Origin: a virus
Virus record (IMG/VR): IMGVR_UViG_3300033146_003479
Span: 70,397-134,396 of that record
Strand: one strand, 5' to 3'
Length of the DNA: 64,000 nt
Shown here: piece after piece, positions 19,288 through 29,818 of the stretch
Position numbering within the stretch: position 1 is the stretch's first letter
Layout of the letters: every line of letters begins with the position of its first letter
Made by a program: the position numbers and the translations under genes
Notes under the pieces: model-generated
What the model was told of the DNA's origin: nothing
Seen by the model: only the letters and a program-made list of their open reading frames with translations
The model's database searches: none

Positions 19288-19914
19288 ATGGCTAAACATG
19301 GAATTATAGATAGTCGAAAGACATCGATAGTCTCATCTCCAGATAGTGGATATTTAAGATTAAAGGCGACAGAAAATAATACATTTGAAATTATTCGAGA
19401 TGATGGCACAAGAACTGATATTTCTGCTCCCTGGAGTTTACCAGTTGAGTCGAAAGTTATTGTTGATCCAACTACATTGACTCCATCTATTTGGCAACGA
19501 TGGATAGTTGGAATAGGTTCAACAGGAGATTGGAATTCTCATGATGACGAAATTGCTCAATGGAATGGGACATCATATGATTTTTTTATACCTGAGGTGG
19601 GCTGGGCAGTTTACGTTAAGGATGTTACTGGACTTAGTACCTTTGATGGATCGAATTGGAATGATTTGAGTGGAGCATCTAGTGGAATTGAAGAATTCTC
19701 GACTACATTGACTTCGACTGATATAAGTAATGGTTTTGTTGATATCGGACAAACCATAAATAGTTTAGTAGATTTTAGAATTAGAGGAGCCGGAACTCAA
19801 CATGAATCTTTAGATTATGAAATAGGAACTCCAAACAGTAGAGTTTCATGGACAGGATTGATATTAGATGGACAATTAAGAATCGGGCACGACATAGTAA
19901 TTTTATATAAATAG
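19288..19914 (+). CDS. virion structural protein
   Basis: SD, Trp-rich module, shared C-terminal beta domain. Confidence 0.65.
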   Translation: MAKHGIIDSRKTSIVSSPDSGYLRLKATENNTFEIIRDDGTRTDISAPWSLPVESKVIVDPTTLTPSIWQRWIVGIGSTGDWNSHDDEIAQWNGTSYDFFIPEVGWAVYVKDVTGLSTFDGSNWNDLSGASSGIEEFSTTLTSTDISNGFVDIGQTINSLVDFRIRGAGTQHESLDYEIGTPNSRVSWTGLILDGQLRIGHDIVILYK

Positions 19915-19926
19915 GAGAACACAGAA

Positions 19927-21270
19927 ATGAGAATGAATGCTGAATGGATATCAAAGAATGGTCAACATTTTGATATATCACAAACTACTGACCTAACTTT
20001 ACTTTTTAAACCTCAAGGTGGCTTGAACTCCGATGCTCAAGGTATTTATGTTGAAGGAACAATTTCCAATCTTCGGAGTGATGTTATTGATATTCAAGTC
20101 GATAACACTTTGGATCCAGGTGCGACTCCAACAACAGGAGATAGATATTTATTAACTGACGTTGCAACATTGCATGCGAATTTTGGAACAATTGTTGGCA
20201 TTGAAGATGATGATATTGTAGAATTCGATGGTTCGGATTTCGTTATAACTTTTGATGCAAGTGCAGATCAAGATGATAATGCTTTAGTTTGGGCAAATAC
20301 TCCAAATCAATGGTGGCATTTTAATGGGAACGATTGGCATTTACATCAAGGACTATCATCATTAACAGCGGGAAATGGTCTTAATATTGCCGCAGGTCAG
20401 ATTGATTTGGTAATTGATAATGTTACAGGTGGAGATATTGCTCCTATTAATGTGAGTGCTAATGGAGTTGGAGTTGATGTTACCACATTAGACGGTGATC
20501 ATTTGACTATTGATTGGGATCCAATTCATTATACTCCCGATGCTAGTTCAGCAGAAGCCGACTCAGTTGATGATTTGACCGCACATCTCGCAGGTATTGA
20601 TAATAAATTAGACGATATTGATGCCACTCATTTAGAACAAACTGTTACAGTGAATGGTCATGGATTTACAGTTAATCAAGTGGTGAGAATGAGTGGTAAT
20701 TCTTGGGTTTTGGCTCAAGCGAATTCTGCAACTAATGCTGAAGCAATAGGAGTTGTCAATGAAGTTATAGATACTAATACTTTTGTGGTCGTAACTCATG
20801 GATCGTGTTTGAATCTTACAGGATTAACTGGAGATACCGTATATTATTTGGATCCAGTTACTCCTGGAGCATTAACTACAATTGTTCCGAGTTCAACTGG
20901 TCAAGTAGCCAAGGCTATATTATATGCTAAAAGTGCAACTGAAGCATATGTATATGATAGAATCGGAATTGAAGTTGCGGCTGATGATCCAGTTCCATAT
21001 AGAGAGCATCATGTTATTACAGCAAGCGAAGAAACTGCTGGATTTTTTGTTTTAATGAATGTGCCAAGTAGCACATTGTTAGTTTCTGCGACTCCTGTGG
21101 GTGGACCAGAACAAGTTAATCAAGATACTCCAGGTAGAACAGCAATGCCTGATTATCAGATATTAGGAGTAGGCTCAGATGAGTTTCATTTTAATAACAA
21201 TGGAGTTGCTAGTGGATTATCTGAAAATATGGTCGCTGGGCATGAAATTATAATAGATTACTCTTACTAA
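19927..21270 (+). CDS. virion structural/fibre protein
   Basis: SD; beta-rich modules; shared C-terminal domain. Confidence 0.65.
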   Translation: MRMNAEWISKNGQHFDISQTTDLTLLFKPQGGLNSDAQGIYVEGTISNLRSDVIDIQVDNTLDPGATPTTGDRYLLTDVATLHANFGTIVGIEDDDIVEFDGSDFVITFDASADQDDNALVWANTPNQWWHFNGNDWHLHQGLSSLTAGNGLNIAAGQIDLVIDNVTGGDIAPINVSANGVGVDVTTLDGDHLTIDWDPIHYTPDASSAEADSVDDLTAHLAGIDNKLDDIDATHLEQTVTVNGHGFTVNQVVRMSGNSWVLAQANSATNAEAIGVVNEVIDTNTFVVVTHGSCLNLTGLTGDTVYYLDPVTPGALTTIVPSSTGQVAKAILYAKSATEAYVYDRIGIEVAADDPVPYREHHVITASEETAGFFVLMNVPSSTLLVSATPVGGPEQVNQDTPGRTAMPDYQILGVGSDEFHFNNNGVASGLSENMVAGHEIIIDYSY

Positions 21271-21281
21271 GGAGACGAAAA

Positions 21282-22622
21282 ATGAATCATTCAAGTCCTA
21301 GAGCCAACTTTGGTTCCACAGCAGGCAGTGCATTTAGAATGAATTTGGGCATCAGAGGTATTATTGCAAAATATCCCGTTCAAATTGAAGAGAGTGAAGG
21401 AGTTATTACAATTCGTCACACTTGCAGTTCTAGATTTTCTTTAGCAGTCACATCTCAAAATGATGAGACTGATGACATTGAAGTTGACTGGGGAGACGGT
21501 ACAGTAACTCAAGAAACCCCATATGTTGGCTTGAATTTTCCAACACAAGAGGCTGGCGAGGCAGCCGCATGGCACCACACATATGCAGATGCTACTCCTA
21601 GAACTATTACTATTACTCCTATATCGAACACTCAAATAAAAAGTTTTAGTATTCAACCTATGGCGTTTAGTTATGTTGGAGGAGTTGGTGAGGAATTTTA
21701 TGAAATACTAAATGTTAATCTTAGTGATGCTCCAGCCTTAGAGAGATTTAGAATATCTAAGCAGCCAAATCTGACAGAGATTGATATGAGTAATTCTATA
21801 CAAATTAAAGATTATTATGCGACTGATTGCGAAAATTTAACTTCAGTGTTGTTTACCTCAGGTGGAATGCAAAATCCATATGAAGTTTATTTAACTAATA
21901 CTGGAATAACATCTCTTAATTTACCATCAATTTCTAAAGTTACTGGAATTAGAGTTGAGAGATCTGATAATTTAACCGAAGTTGATTTGTCATCTGAAAA
22001 TAACTATATATTGACTTCCTTTGGTAGTTGGGATTGTCCTAATTTAACTAGTATAGTGTTCGGTGACATTTCGATGCTGAATAGTGTTTCGGTAGGAAAT
22101 TGTAATTTATCAACTTCTACGATCAATAATATTTTAACTAAACTAGTTTATCAATGTGAGAATCCTCAACCTAATCCCGAGGAAGTTGCATCATTAGAGC
22201 AAGATATTGTTAGATTGGAAGCAGATATAGATGCGTTGAATGATGATTTAACGCAAGCCCAAAGTGAATTATCTAACTTACAGACTATACTGAGTGGGTT
22301 GCAAGATGAGTTAGCATTATTAATCGAAGATAGTCCAGAGTGGATAGCAAAATACGATGAGATTTTGGAGATTGAAACTCAAATTGAATCTAAAAACGCT
22401 GAGATTTACAATATAGAAAGTGATATCGCATCAACAGAAGATGCCTTGGAGTATGCTCAGGAGCAACTACAAGGGTTATATGACGATTTAGAGCCAATTC
22501 AAGGTAGTTTTAATTTTTCTAATAATCCTGGAGCAGAATTCTGTAATCAGACGGATGTCAATACACTAAGGGATACCTACGGTTGGGATATCGATGATGG
22601 GTTCGGTAGCGGAGGAGAATAA
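21282..22622 (+). CDS. PKD-like plus leucine-rich-repeat protein with inserted acidic coiled coil
   Basis: VDWGDG motif, LxxVxLS repeats, heptad segment 22164-22499. Confidence 0.65.
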   Translation: MNHSSPRANFGSTAGSAFRMNLGIRGIIAKYPVQIEESEGVITIRHTCSSRFSLAVTSQNDETDDIEVDWGDGTVTQETPYVGLNFPTQEAGEAAAWHHTYADATPRTITITPISNTQIKSFSIQPMAFSYVGGVGEEFYEILNVNLSDAPALERFRISKQPNLTEIDMSNSIQIKDYYATDCENLTSVLFTSGGMQNPYEVYLTNTGITSLNLPSISKVTGIRVERSDNLTEVDLSSENNYILTSFGSWDCPNLTSIVFGDISMLNSVSVGNCNLSTSTINNILTKLVYQCENPQPNPEEVASLEQDIVRLEADIDALNDDLTQAQSELSNLQTILSGLQDELALLIEDSPEWIAKYDEILEIETQIESKNAEIYNIESDIASTEDALEYAQEQLQGLYDDLEPIQGSFNFSNNPGAEFCNQTDVNTLRDTYGWDIDDGFGSGGE

Positions 22623-22628
22623 CATCTT

Positions 22629-23876
22629 ATGAGATTAAAAAAGGCCTTTTTAAATAGAGATTTTTTGGATATAAATTCAGTTAATGCGAATAATTTATAT
22701 TTCGATGAGACTAGAGATATTAAAAGTGAAATTAATAGTCTTTCTGGTGACAACTTAACTATAGATGTAGTTAATGGAATCTTTTTATCCGGATGTTTGG
22801 ATTCTAATAAAAATGGTCTTTATCTCTATGCAGGAATCATATCAAGTAAGCCGTATTATACTTTAGGTAACTATAGAATAATATGGTCGAATAGTAATTA
22901 TAGATGGGAAATACAACAAATAACTCCTAACGTTTTAGAGTTTCATGGCACATCTATTGAAAATCTTTCTCAACCATTTTATGATCCAACTTGGGTTGCC
23001 GATAATGGAAGTGGGACTCCATCATTTTTATTGTCAGATAAACTTATCAAAAATAAAAATATTGATTATATCATAGATGATGATAATGAAAGCATTGATG
23101 GATCTAATACTCCAATGGTTGATCCTCATCGAGAATTGATTACCAGAGCATTTGCTGAGAGTATTGTGCAGAATGCGAATCATTGGACAAAAAATGGAAG
23201 TGAATTGATACCTCAAGATGCGAATGTTAACGTTCTCACCTTGGATAGAAATCACAATGCTTACACGCAAGTGATGGTGAGAAATGAGAATTCTACTGGT
23301 AATGGAGCAGGGGCTCTTATTGAGATAAAAGGGTCAGGAGCCAATTATACTAATAATGCATATTTTGGAATTTATAGTCCGAATTTCTGGCTTTCTCAAT
23401 TAGCCGGTAATTCGGTTCTTATGACTGATAGGAAATTAGTTATAGGAACAGTTGATGTAAATGAGTCTATTGAATTTTTAGTTGGAAATTCATATTCGAA
23501 TCCTATAGTAGTTGGTCATCTAAATCAAGATGGACTTCATTTAGATACTCTTCAAACGACAACAGTTCATCCAGCAAGTTATTATAACGTTTTCGTTGAT
23601 GCAACAACTGGATTACTATATGGTAGTAATACTGGAGCAACTGGGAATACTCCTAATATTGAAACATTTACGATTACATCGACAATAATTGCAAATTTAT
23701 ATATTGATTTATCTGAAACTCCATCTTCCGATAATCATAATTCAGTGAATTTGAATGGATCAATATTATTCGAAGGATCAGGAGAAGATTATGAGATATC
23801 CAGTAACAGAGTGAGTTTTGACTCAAGTGTTAATTTAACACTTGGAGATAAAGTTCAAATAAAGTATAAATATTAG
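22629..23876 (+). CDS. virion structural/fibre protein
   Basis: Operon context, shared C-terminal domain. Confidence 0.6.
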   Translation: MRLKKAFLNRDFLDINSVNANNLYFDETRDIKSEINSLSGDNLTIDVVNGIFLSGCLDSNKNGLYLYAGIISSKPYYTLGNYRIIWSNSNYRWEIQQITPNVLEFHGTSIENLSQPFYDPTWVADNGSGTPSFLLSDKLIKNKNIDYIIDDDNESIDGSNTPMVDPHRELITRAFAESIVQNANHWTKNGSELIPQDANVNVLTLDRNHNAYTQVMVRNENSTGNGAGALIEIKGSGANYTNNAYFGIYSPNFWLSQLAGNSVLMTDRKLVIGTVDVNESIEFLVGNSYSNPIVVGHLNQDGLHLDTLQTTTVHPASYYNVFVDATTGLLYGSNTGATGNTPNIETFTITSTIIANLYIDLSETPSSDNHNSVNLNGSILFEGSGEDYEISSNRVSFDSSVNLTLGDKVQIKYKY

Positions 23877-23886
23877 GAGAAGTATT

Positions 23887-24114
23887 ATGACTGATATATA
23901 TATCACAGAAGAGCGAGAGATTAAAGTTAGAGAGTTAAGTTTAGCCGCATTTATAAAAACCCATAATTTAATATTAAAACGAGTTGATAATGGTGAGTTT
24001 ATATTTGATAGTAAGTTGAGTTTAAGTGAGTGGAAAATGGAATTCCTAAAGTCAGAAAGTTGTAAGTTCGACCGAGAGGTTAGAGATTTACGATGGATTT
24101 TAAAAAACAAATAA
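23887..24114 (+). CDS. small protein, DUF5659-like
   Basis: ELSLAAFIK..FIF pattern; GGAG SD. Confidence 0.5.
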   Translation: MTDIYITEEREIKVRELSLAAFIKTHNLILKRVDNGEFIFDSKLSLSEWKMEFLKSESCKFDREVRDLRWILKNK

Positions 24115-24126
24115 CGGAGACATACT

Positions 24127-26136
24127 ATGGCTTTATTAAGAGGTTCAACGCAAATACTTGATGCGAGTATAAATAGACCGAAATTGTCGGCTGATTTTTT
24201 AAACGGTAGTAATTGGGATATTACAGATGGAAATAATAATTTTACGATCACTGGATTAGTCGCAGGTACAAATCCATTTGATGCAGTAAATTATCAACAG
24301 TTGATTGACCTAATTGAAGGACAGAGAGTTCGTGAAGTTAGAGTTATCACAGACACAAATCAATCATTAACAGGAGCAGCCACTATTGATGGAGTAGTTC
24401 TTGCTGGTGACGGAACAAAAGCAAATTCAGATAGAGTATTTGTTCATGGACAAACTACTTCAACTCAAGATGGTATTTATTATGTGAATACTGGTGGAGC
24501 ATGGGTTAGAACTGAGGATTTCGCATTAGGATTTGAAGCGAGATCGTGTAAGATCTTAGTATCAGAGGGAACAGTAAGTGCAGATACTCAATGGTTCATA
24601 ACTAACGATAAAGGTGGAGATGTTGTTGGAACAGCCAATTTAGTAGCAGTTCAAACAGGTTCATCAGGTATGTTAGGAGCCAACAATGGTCTTACATTGT
24701 CGGGTTCAGATATAATTCTTGGTGGAACATTGAACCAAGGAACCACTGTTGCTCAAGCAACTAATGCTCTAACTTTTTCAGGCGGAGCATTCACTGTTGA
24801 TGGTGGAGCAACTGATGTGTTACTTCTTAGAAGTGGAGGAGATGTTAGTCTAGTTAGTGGCACAGGAGATGTAACAGTTTCATCTATGTCTGCTGATATT
24901 CATATTAATGCACTTACAGTTGTTGATTTTTTTGACAATGAAATGCAAATGTCAACTTCTATGGGTGGAAATTTGTTACCATTAACAGTGACAACAACTG
25001 TAGATCATGGTAGTGGTACAAGTGCCGGTGATTTAATGGACGATTTTGTTGCTACATTTACTGATATCGGAATCGTGAATGCTATTATGGAAAATAGAGA
25101 TGCTATTTCAGCAACATCTAGTTTGTATAGTGCGAATGGGACACTTACTGGAAATCGAGCAGTAACATTAGATGAGAATAGTTTAAGTTTTGTTGGTTCT
25201 CAAAATGCAAATGAGATCGTAAGTTTTGGAGCAACATCAACTGAAATTAATAGTTTTGGTGTTAGTACAATAGCCAATATTACATTTACTTCAACTTCTG
25301 GTATATTTGAGGTTACATCAAGTAATTTTAATATAGGCAACACATCTAATGCTTATACTATTGGGCATCAGCCAGATGGAACGGTTGCTTTAGCGATAGC
25401 AACTACGGGATATGTAGACTCTGCAATATCTTCGGGATATTCATTCTCAAATGGTCTTACATCAACTGGAAGTGGTCCTATAGCAGTTACTTTGGGAGGA
25501 AATTTAGATGCAGGTACAACTACAATAGGAGTTACTTCTGGTAGAAATTTAGATTTCATAGGTACATTTAGTGGACCAGGACAAGCAAGAATTCGTCATG
25601 AGATAAATAATACTGACTCTGGTAATTATTCTCGATATACTATATCCGATTCTGGAGTTCAATTGTGGACAGGTGCTCAAGCATATGGAGCAACTGGATT
25701 CGAAAGTGAGATTAGTATGGGAATGGGAGCATTGTCATTATCAGTTGAGGATACAGATTCATCACAGTTAACTAGAATTCACGTTGGCAGTTTAACTATT
25801 ACTGATACTATTAATAATCGAGGAATGAGATATTTTGCTGATTATTCGTCCGGATATACTAATAGATCACTTGTCGATAAAGAATATGTTGATAGTTTAG
25901 TTGCGAGTGGCGGAGAAACTGTTGGAAGTGAGCATATAGTTACTGGAACAGATGTTACTAATGGATATATTGATATCACAGTGGTTACTGGTATGACAAA
26001 CGCAAAGATTTTCTTAAATGGAAATAGATTAGGTTCTGGAGAAGTTTCATATGCCTCAACAGGTAGAGTTACTTTTGGTGGAACTCAAGTTATTACAGCA
26101 ACAGATCAAGTTATTGTTGATTTTATTGATGCTTAA
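24127..26136 (+). CDS. fibre-like structural protein
   Basis: Gly/Thr/Ser-rich; DAVNYQQL and TIDGV..DRVFV modules; shared C-terminal domain. Confidence 0.7.
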   Translation: MALLRGSTQILDASINRPKLSADFLNGSNWDITDGNNNFTITGLVAGTNPFDAVNYQQLIDLIEGQRVREVRVITDTNQSLTGAATIDGVVLAGDGTKANSDRVFVHGQTTSTQDGIYYVNTGGAWVRTEDFALGFEARSCKILVSEGTVSADTQWFITNDKGGDVVGTANLVAVQTGSSGMLGANNGLTLSGSDIILGGTLNQGTTVAQATNALTFSGGAFTVDGGATDVLLLRSGGDVSLVSGTGDVTVSSMSADIHINALTVVDFFDNEMQMSTSMGGNLLPLTVTTTVDHGSGTSAGDLMDDFVATFTDIGIVNAIMENRDAISATSSLYSANGTLTGNRAVTLDENSLSFVGSQNANEIVSFGATSTEINSFGVSTIANITFTSTSGIFEVTSSNFNIGNTSNAYTIGHQPDGTVALAIATTGYVDSAISSGYSFSNGLTSTGSGPIAVTLGGNLDAGTTTIGVTSGRNLDFIGTFSGPGQARIRHEINNTDSGNYSRYTISDSGVQLWTGAQAYGATGFESEISMGMGALSLSVEDTDSSQLTRIHVGSLTITDTINNRGMRYFADYSSGYTNRSLVDKEYVDSLVASGGETVGSEHIVTGTDVTNGYIDITVVTGMTNAKIFLNGNRLGSGEVSYASTGRVTFGGTQVITATDQVIVDFIDA

Positions 26137-26155
26137 TATATAAATTGATATTGGA

Positions 26156-26182
26156 GTGGATGTCTTCGGGCATCCACATTTT
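26156..26182 (+). terminator. intrinsic terminator with C(UUCG)G tetraloop
   Basis: GTGGATGTC-TTCG-GGCATCCAC followed by ATTTT. Confidence 0.8.
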
Positions 26183-26193
26183 GGAGGAGATTA

Positions 26194-27588
26194 ATGGCTC
26201 AAATACGAAACACACAAATTAGAGATAATGATTTAACTGGTCGCACTATTAATAGAAATTTTCGATTTTTTGATGAACAGGAAGTTCCTATTAATAAGGG
26301 TGAAATTAGATTTTGGCAAAGTAAATGGTGGCAAGTCACTCAAGACATCACAGTAACTGAGACTGGAGGAGATATACCTGCTGAGGGAGACATATCATAT
26401 AGTCCAGATGTGGAGACTGAATATTGGAGACAATTGCCTAATTACGGATCAGAGAGATATGAATTTGAAGTGTTTGGGTTTTATAATTATCCAATAACTC
26501 AAATTACATTAGATGAATCATTATCATCCACTGCATCTAGAATGAAGAATAATTTTGAGTCATATTCGAAATTGTTATTTGATATTCATAATTCATCCTC
26601 AGGAGATTATTTAGGTAAGCAATTTGCAACTTCTGCATCATTTATAACTTGGGTCAACGATAATCTTACAACAGGAGATACAATAGTTCGAGTTTATGGT
26701 AATGTAGATGGAGATTCCACCAATATTCACAAATTACATGGTCGAAATTTTGCATATGGAATAATCAAAGGGAACGATAGTAGTAGCAATTCTCAATATT
26801 ATAAGGGAATGTGTGGTCAAGAAAGTAATTGGGATAACATTGAAGCCTTTTCTATGGACATATTAGAGAGAATTACGGGAGTTACTCCTTCCGATGCAAC
26901 CAATGCTAGTCGATGTATATGGTTCCCTCAAAACAATCAAAATCTTTATAAATTATATCCAACTATAAATTCCGAAATAGAAATTGAGTTTACGGGTGGA
27001 GTTAGGGCTCAAAAACGTTCATTTGATCCTGCAACAAATACATTCAACACTATAAATACGTCAGACATATTCTCTTCTATTCCAGGATCGAACGGATTCT
27101 ATTCCATTCGCACAACCAATTACAGTTGGCAGTTTGCTGGAGTTCAACATCTCCCAACTGGTGAGTATTTTCGACCTACTCACTCATATGTTAAGGTGTA
27201 TGGATTCCAAGATTCATCTGGAAATATTGGAGTTATCGTGAAACCAGTCGGGATGGATGAATTTAGATTAACCTCAATTGAAGAAACTGGGGACAAAACG
27301 TATTATTCATTATCATACAATGATGATGATAAACCTAAAGTTATGGATATATCATCTGAAATCACACATCTAAATCAAGAACTGAGTAATATCGATGTGA
27401 TTATTTATAAAGAAGCATTAGTTAATTGTCAAAATGCTAAAGGAGTAACTAGTCCGTCCACTACGACATTAAAGAATGTTAAGTTCTTTTATAGTGATGA
27501 TAAGGGAAATATTAGTAAATTTTCTCCTGAAATTAGATGGCATATTAATCGTCCTGGAGCAAAAATTATGACATTATTAAATAACTAA
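26194..27588 (+). CDS. virion structural protein
   Basis: GGAGG SD; MAQIRNTQIRD N-terminal motif like neighbours. Confidence 0.6.
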   Translation: MAQIRNTQIRDNDLTGRTINRNFRFFDEQEVPINKGEIRFWQSKWWQVTQDITVTETGGDIPAEGDISYSPDVETEYWRQLPNYGSERYEFEVFGFYNYPITQITLDESLSSTASRMKNNFESYSKLLFDIHNSSSGDYLGKQFATSASFITWVNDNLTTGDTIVRVYGNVDGDSTNIHKLHGRNFAYGIIKGNDSSSNSQYYKGMCGQESNWDNIEAFSMDILERITGVTPSDATNASRCIWFPQNNQNLYKLYPTINSEIEIEFTGGVRAQKRSFDPATNTFNTINTSDIFSSIPGSNGFYSIRTTNYSWQFAGVQHLPTGEYFRPTHSYVKVYGFQDSSGNIGVIVKPVGMDEFRLTSIEETGDKTYYSLSYNDDDKPKVMDISSEITHLNQELSNIDVIIYKEALVNCQNAKGVTSPSTTTLKNVKFFYSDDKGNISKFSPEIRWHINRPGAKIMTLLNN

Positions 27589-27600
27589 ATATTAATGAAA

Positions 27601-27689
27601 TGGAGTCTCATATAAAAAGACTCTATCTATAAGGAGTTTTATATTAAAAAATTCTTTCTGTTGGGCTCTCATATAAAAAGACCCTATCT
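27601..27689. repeat. two 28 nt palindromic direct repeats (25/28 identical), period 61 bp, 33 nt spacer
   Basis: TGGAGTCTCATATAAAAAGACTCTATCT (27601-27628) and TGGGCTCTCATATAAAAAGACCCTATCT (27662-27689). Confidence 0.8.
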
Positions 27690-27690
27690 T

Positions 27691-27717
27691 GAGAGAAGAT
27701 TCATTTCTTCTCTCTTT
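27691..27717 (+). terminator. probable intrinsic terminator
   Basis: GAGAGAAGA-TTCATT-TCTTCTCTC then TTT. Confidence 0.65.
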
Positions 27718-27768
27718 AAAAATTGAAAATTACTAAATAATAATGTTAATTTTAAATAGGAGAAAATA

Positions 27769-29817
27769 ATGGTAGAGTATAGATTTTATGATCCCACAGA
27801 GACGATTGTTGCGACGGATTTGAGAATTTGGGAAGATGGATTAATATATGAGGCAACTGGAAATATTAGTCCTACAGAATTAAAAAGTAAAAGTACAATT
27901 CCAGTTTTCAATTCGAATTGGATAAAAAATAATACTAATAATTATTTAAATATAGTGCGTGATAGTAGAAGAAACTGGCATATTGATGTTGATTTATCTT
28001 TAGATGAAGTTACTATTTATTTACCTAATCCTGATTATTTCTCAAAAGGAGATATAACAGTGAGTGTGGTTTCAGAAGGCAACTCGCTAGTTATTCGAAC
28101 TCATGATGGATCAACATATATTAATAGCACAAGAGAGAAAGTTAACTATGGAGTATTAGGAGATAATATAACATTTCATTCTAATGGTATAGGTTGGCAA
28201 ATAAAAAGTGAAGTTATAGAAATGTCTCCATTAGTATACACAGTATCTCAAACTACTCCCACTTCATTTACTGGCACTCTTGTTGATATGAATATGAATA
28301 TTGAATTGAAAAATAAGGGTAATATTGCTCGATTAGAAAGTGGTAATATTGTTTTTAATGTAGGTGGAGATTATATAGTTATGTTATCTGTCGCTACGGA
28401 TGTTACAGCAGGTAATAATGGAAGCACATGTATCGCTAATGCTCAATTAAATCATGAGTTAAATGGATTTATTGATGTGACTAGATCTAGATTATATATG
28501 ACAAATAGACGAGCCGGTGATGGATATGCTCAAGGTTCGATAAGTTTTCCTATATATGTTAGTGAGAATGATGAATTGAAATTGCAAATCATTCGAGATA
28601 CTGGTTCAGATTCAATGGAGACAAAGATTGAAGGTACGTCAGTGACGATATTTTCACCAAAAGGATTAAGAGGTGAGACTGGAGAAAAAGGAGATATTGG
28701 TAATGATGGAGCCGATGGAGATATTACCTGGGAAAACGGATGGTCAGCAAGAACATATAATGCCAATGAAGCAGTGGAGTATCAAGGATCATCATTCGTG
28801 TGTCATTCAAATGGAACTTCTACTTCTCCTGGTGATCCCGATGCTCCAAATGCAGGATGGGATTTGTTAGCAAAAAAAGGAGCCGATGGGGCAGGAGCAT
28901 CATTGAATGTTTCAGAAAACAGTTCGATGATTCCAAATGCTCCTCACGGCACGTTAAATTTCACAGGCGGAGTTACAGTGAATGATGCAGGCAGTGGAGT
29001 TGCAGATGTTAATGTTCATAATGGACTTCAACCATACTTAATAAATAATGATGATATTGTTTTATTTTATAATACCACTAGTAATTGTTATTTGAGCGGT
29101 GAACTATTTGATAATAACATGGAGGTTGATTTGGGTCCAAATGTAACAATCAACTCCATAGTTGCTACTTCCAATACTTCGTTGACTATTAATTATACCA
29201 CAACTAGTTTGCTTCAAAGTGCTACCCCTATTTCATTAACAAGAGGGGGATCAGATCATTTCGGTCAAAGTTTAACTTGTTCCGTTACTGATGTGATTGT
29301 TGGTACTGGTAGTGCAGGGACATGGACAGAATCATTTAATGCTGGAGAATGGTCTACTCCTAGATGGACAGTATTTGAAGGACCATCACTGAATAATTTA
29401 TTCCGAACAGGAGTAACAACTGCAAGTTCTAATACAGGAGCCACGACTGCATATGATGGTGATTTTTTATATACTGAGAGATCAAGTCCAAATAATGGAA
29501 CGGGAGTTGACTTTGATGCGTATGCAGAGACAACTGACTTTAGAGATTTAACAGAAGTGTCCTTCCAATTACATAAATTTTCAGGTAACGCGAGTCATAT
29601 GGGAGATCTTGTTATTTTTTCGCAAAATCCCAATACAACTTGGACAGAAAGATATCGTCATACTGGATTAGAACAGTCAGCACAATCAGATCCATTTGTA
29701 TTGATCACATTAAATGCTACATCGTGGGATTGCATAGGAGTAAGATTTTTCTTTGAAAATGCAGGAGGTTGGGAATCAGATATTTGCCTAGATGATATTA
29801 CTATAACTTCAGTTTAA
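27769..29817 (+). CDS. multidomain adhesin-like virion protein (C1q/BclA-like, collagen triplets, CBM-like, C-terminal MAM-like)
   Basis: GLRGETGEKGDIGNDGADGD; WSARTYNANEAVEYQG; TGATTAYDGDFLYTERS..SDICLDDITI. Confidence 0.65.
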   Translation: MVEYRFYDPTETIVATDLRIWEDGLIYEATGNISPTELKSKSTIPVFNSNWIKNNTNNYLNIVRDSRRNWHIDVDLSLDEVTIYLPNPDYFSKGDITVSVVSEGNSLVIRTHDGSTYINSTREKVNYGVLGDNITFHSNGIGWQIKSEVIEMSPLVYTVSQTTPTSFTGTLVDMNMNIELKNKGNIARLESGNIVFNVGGDYIVMLSVATDVTAGNNGSTCIANAQLNHELNGFIDVTRSRLYMTNRRAGDGYAQGSISFPIYVSENDELKLQIIRDTGSDSMETKIEGTSVTIFSPKGLRGETGEKGDIGNDGADGDITWENGWSARTYNANEAVEYQGSSFVCHSNGTSTSPGDPDAPNAGWDLLAKKGADGAGASLNVSENSSMIPNAPHGTLNFTGGVTVNDAGSGVADVNVHNGLQPYLINNDDIVLFYNTTSNCYLSGELFDNNMEVDLGPNVTINSIVATSNTSLTINYTTTSLLQSATPISLTRGGSDHFGQSLTCSVTDVIVGTGSAGTWTESFNAGEWSTPRWTVFEGPSLNNLFRTGVTTASSNTGATTAYDGDFLYTERSSPNNGTGVDFDAYAETTDFRDLTEVSFQLHKFSGNASHMGDLVIFSQNPNTTWTERYRHTGLEQSAQSDPFVLITLNATSWDCIGVRFFFENAGGWESDICLDDITITSV

Positions 29818-29818
29818 T

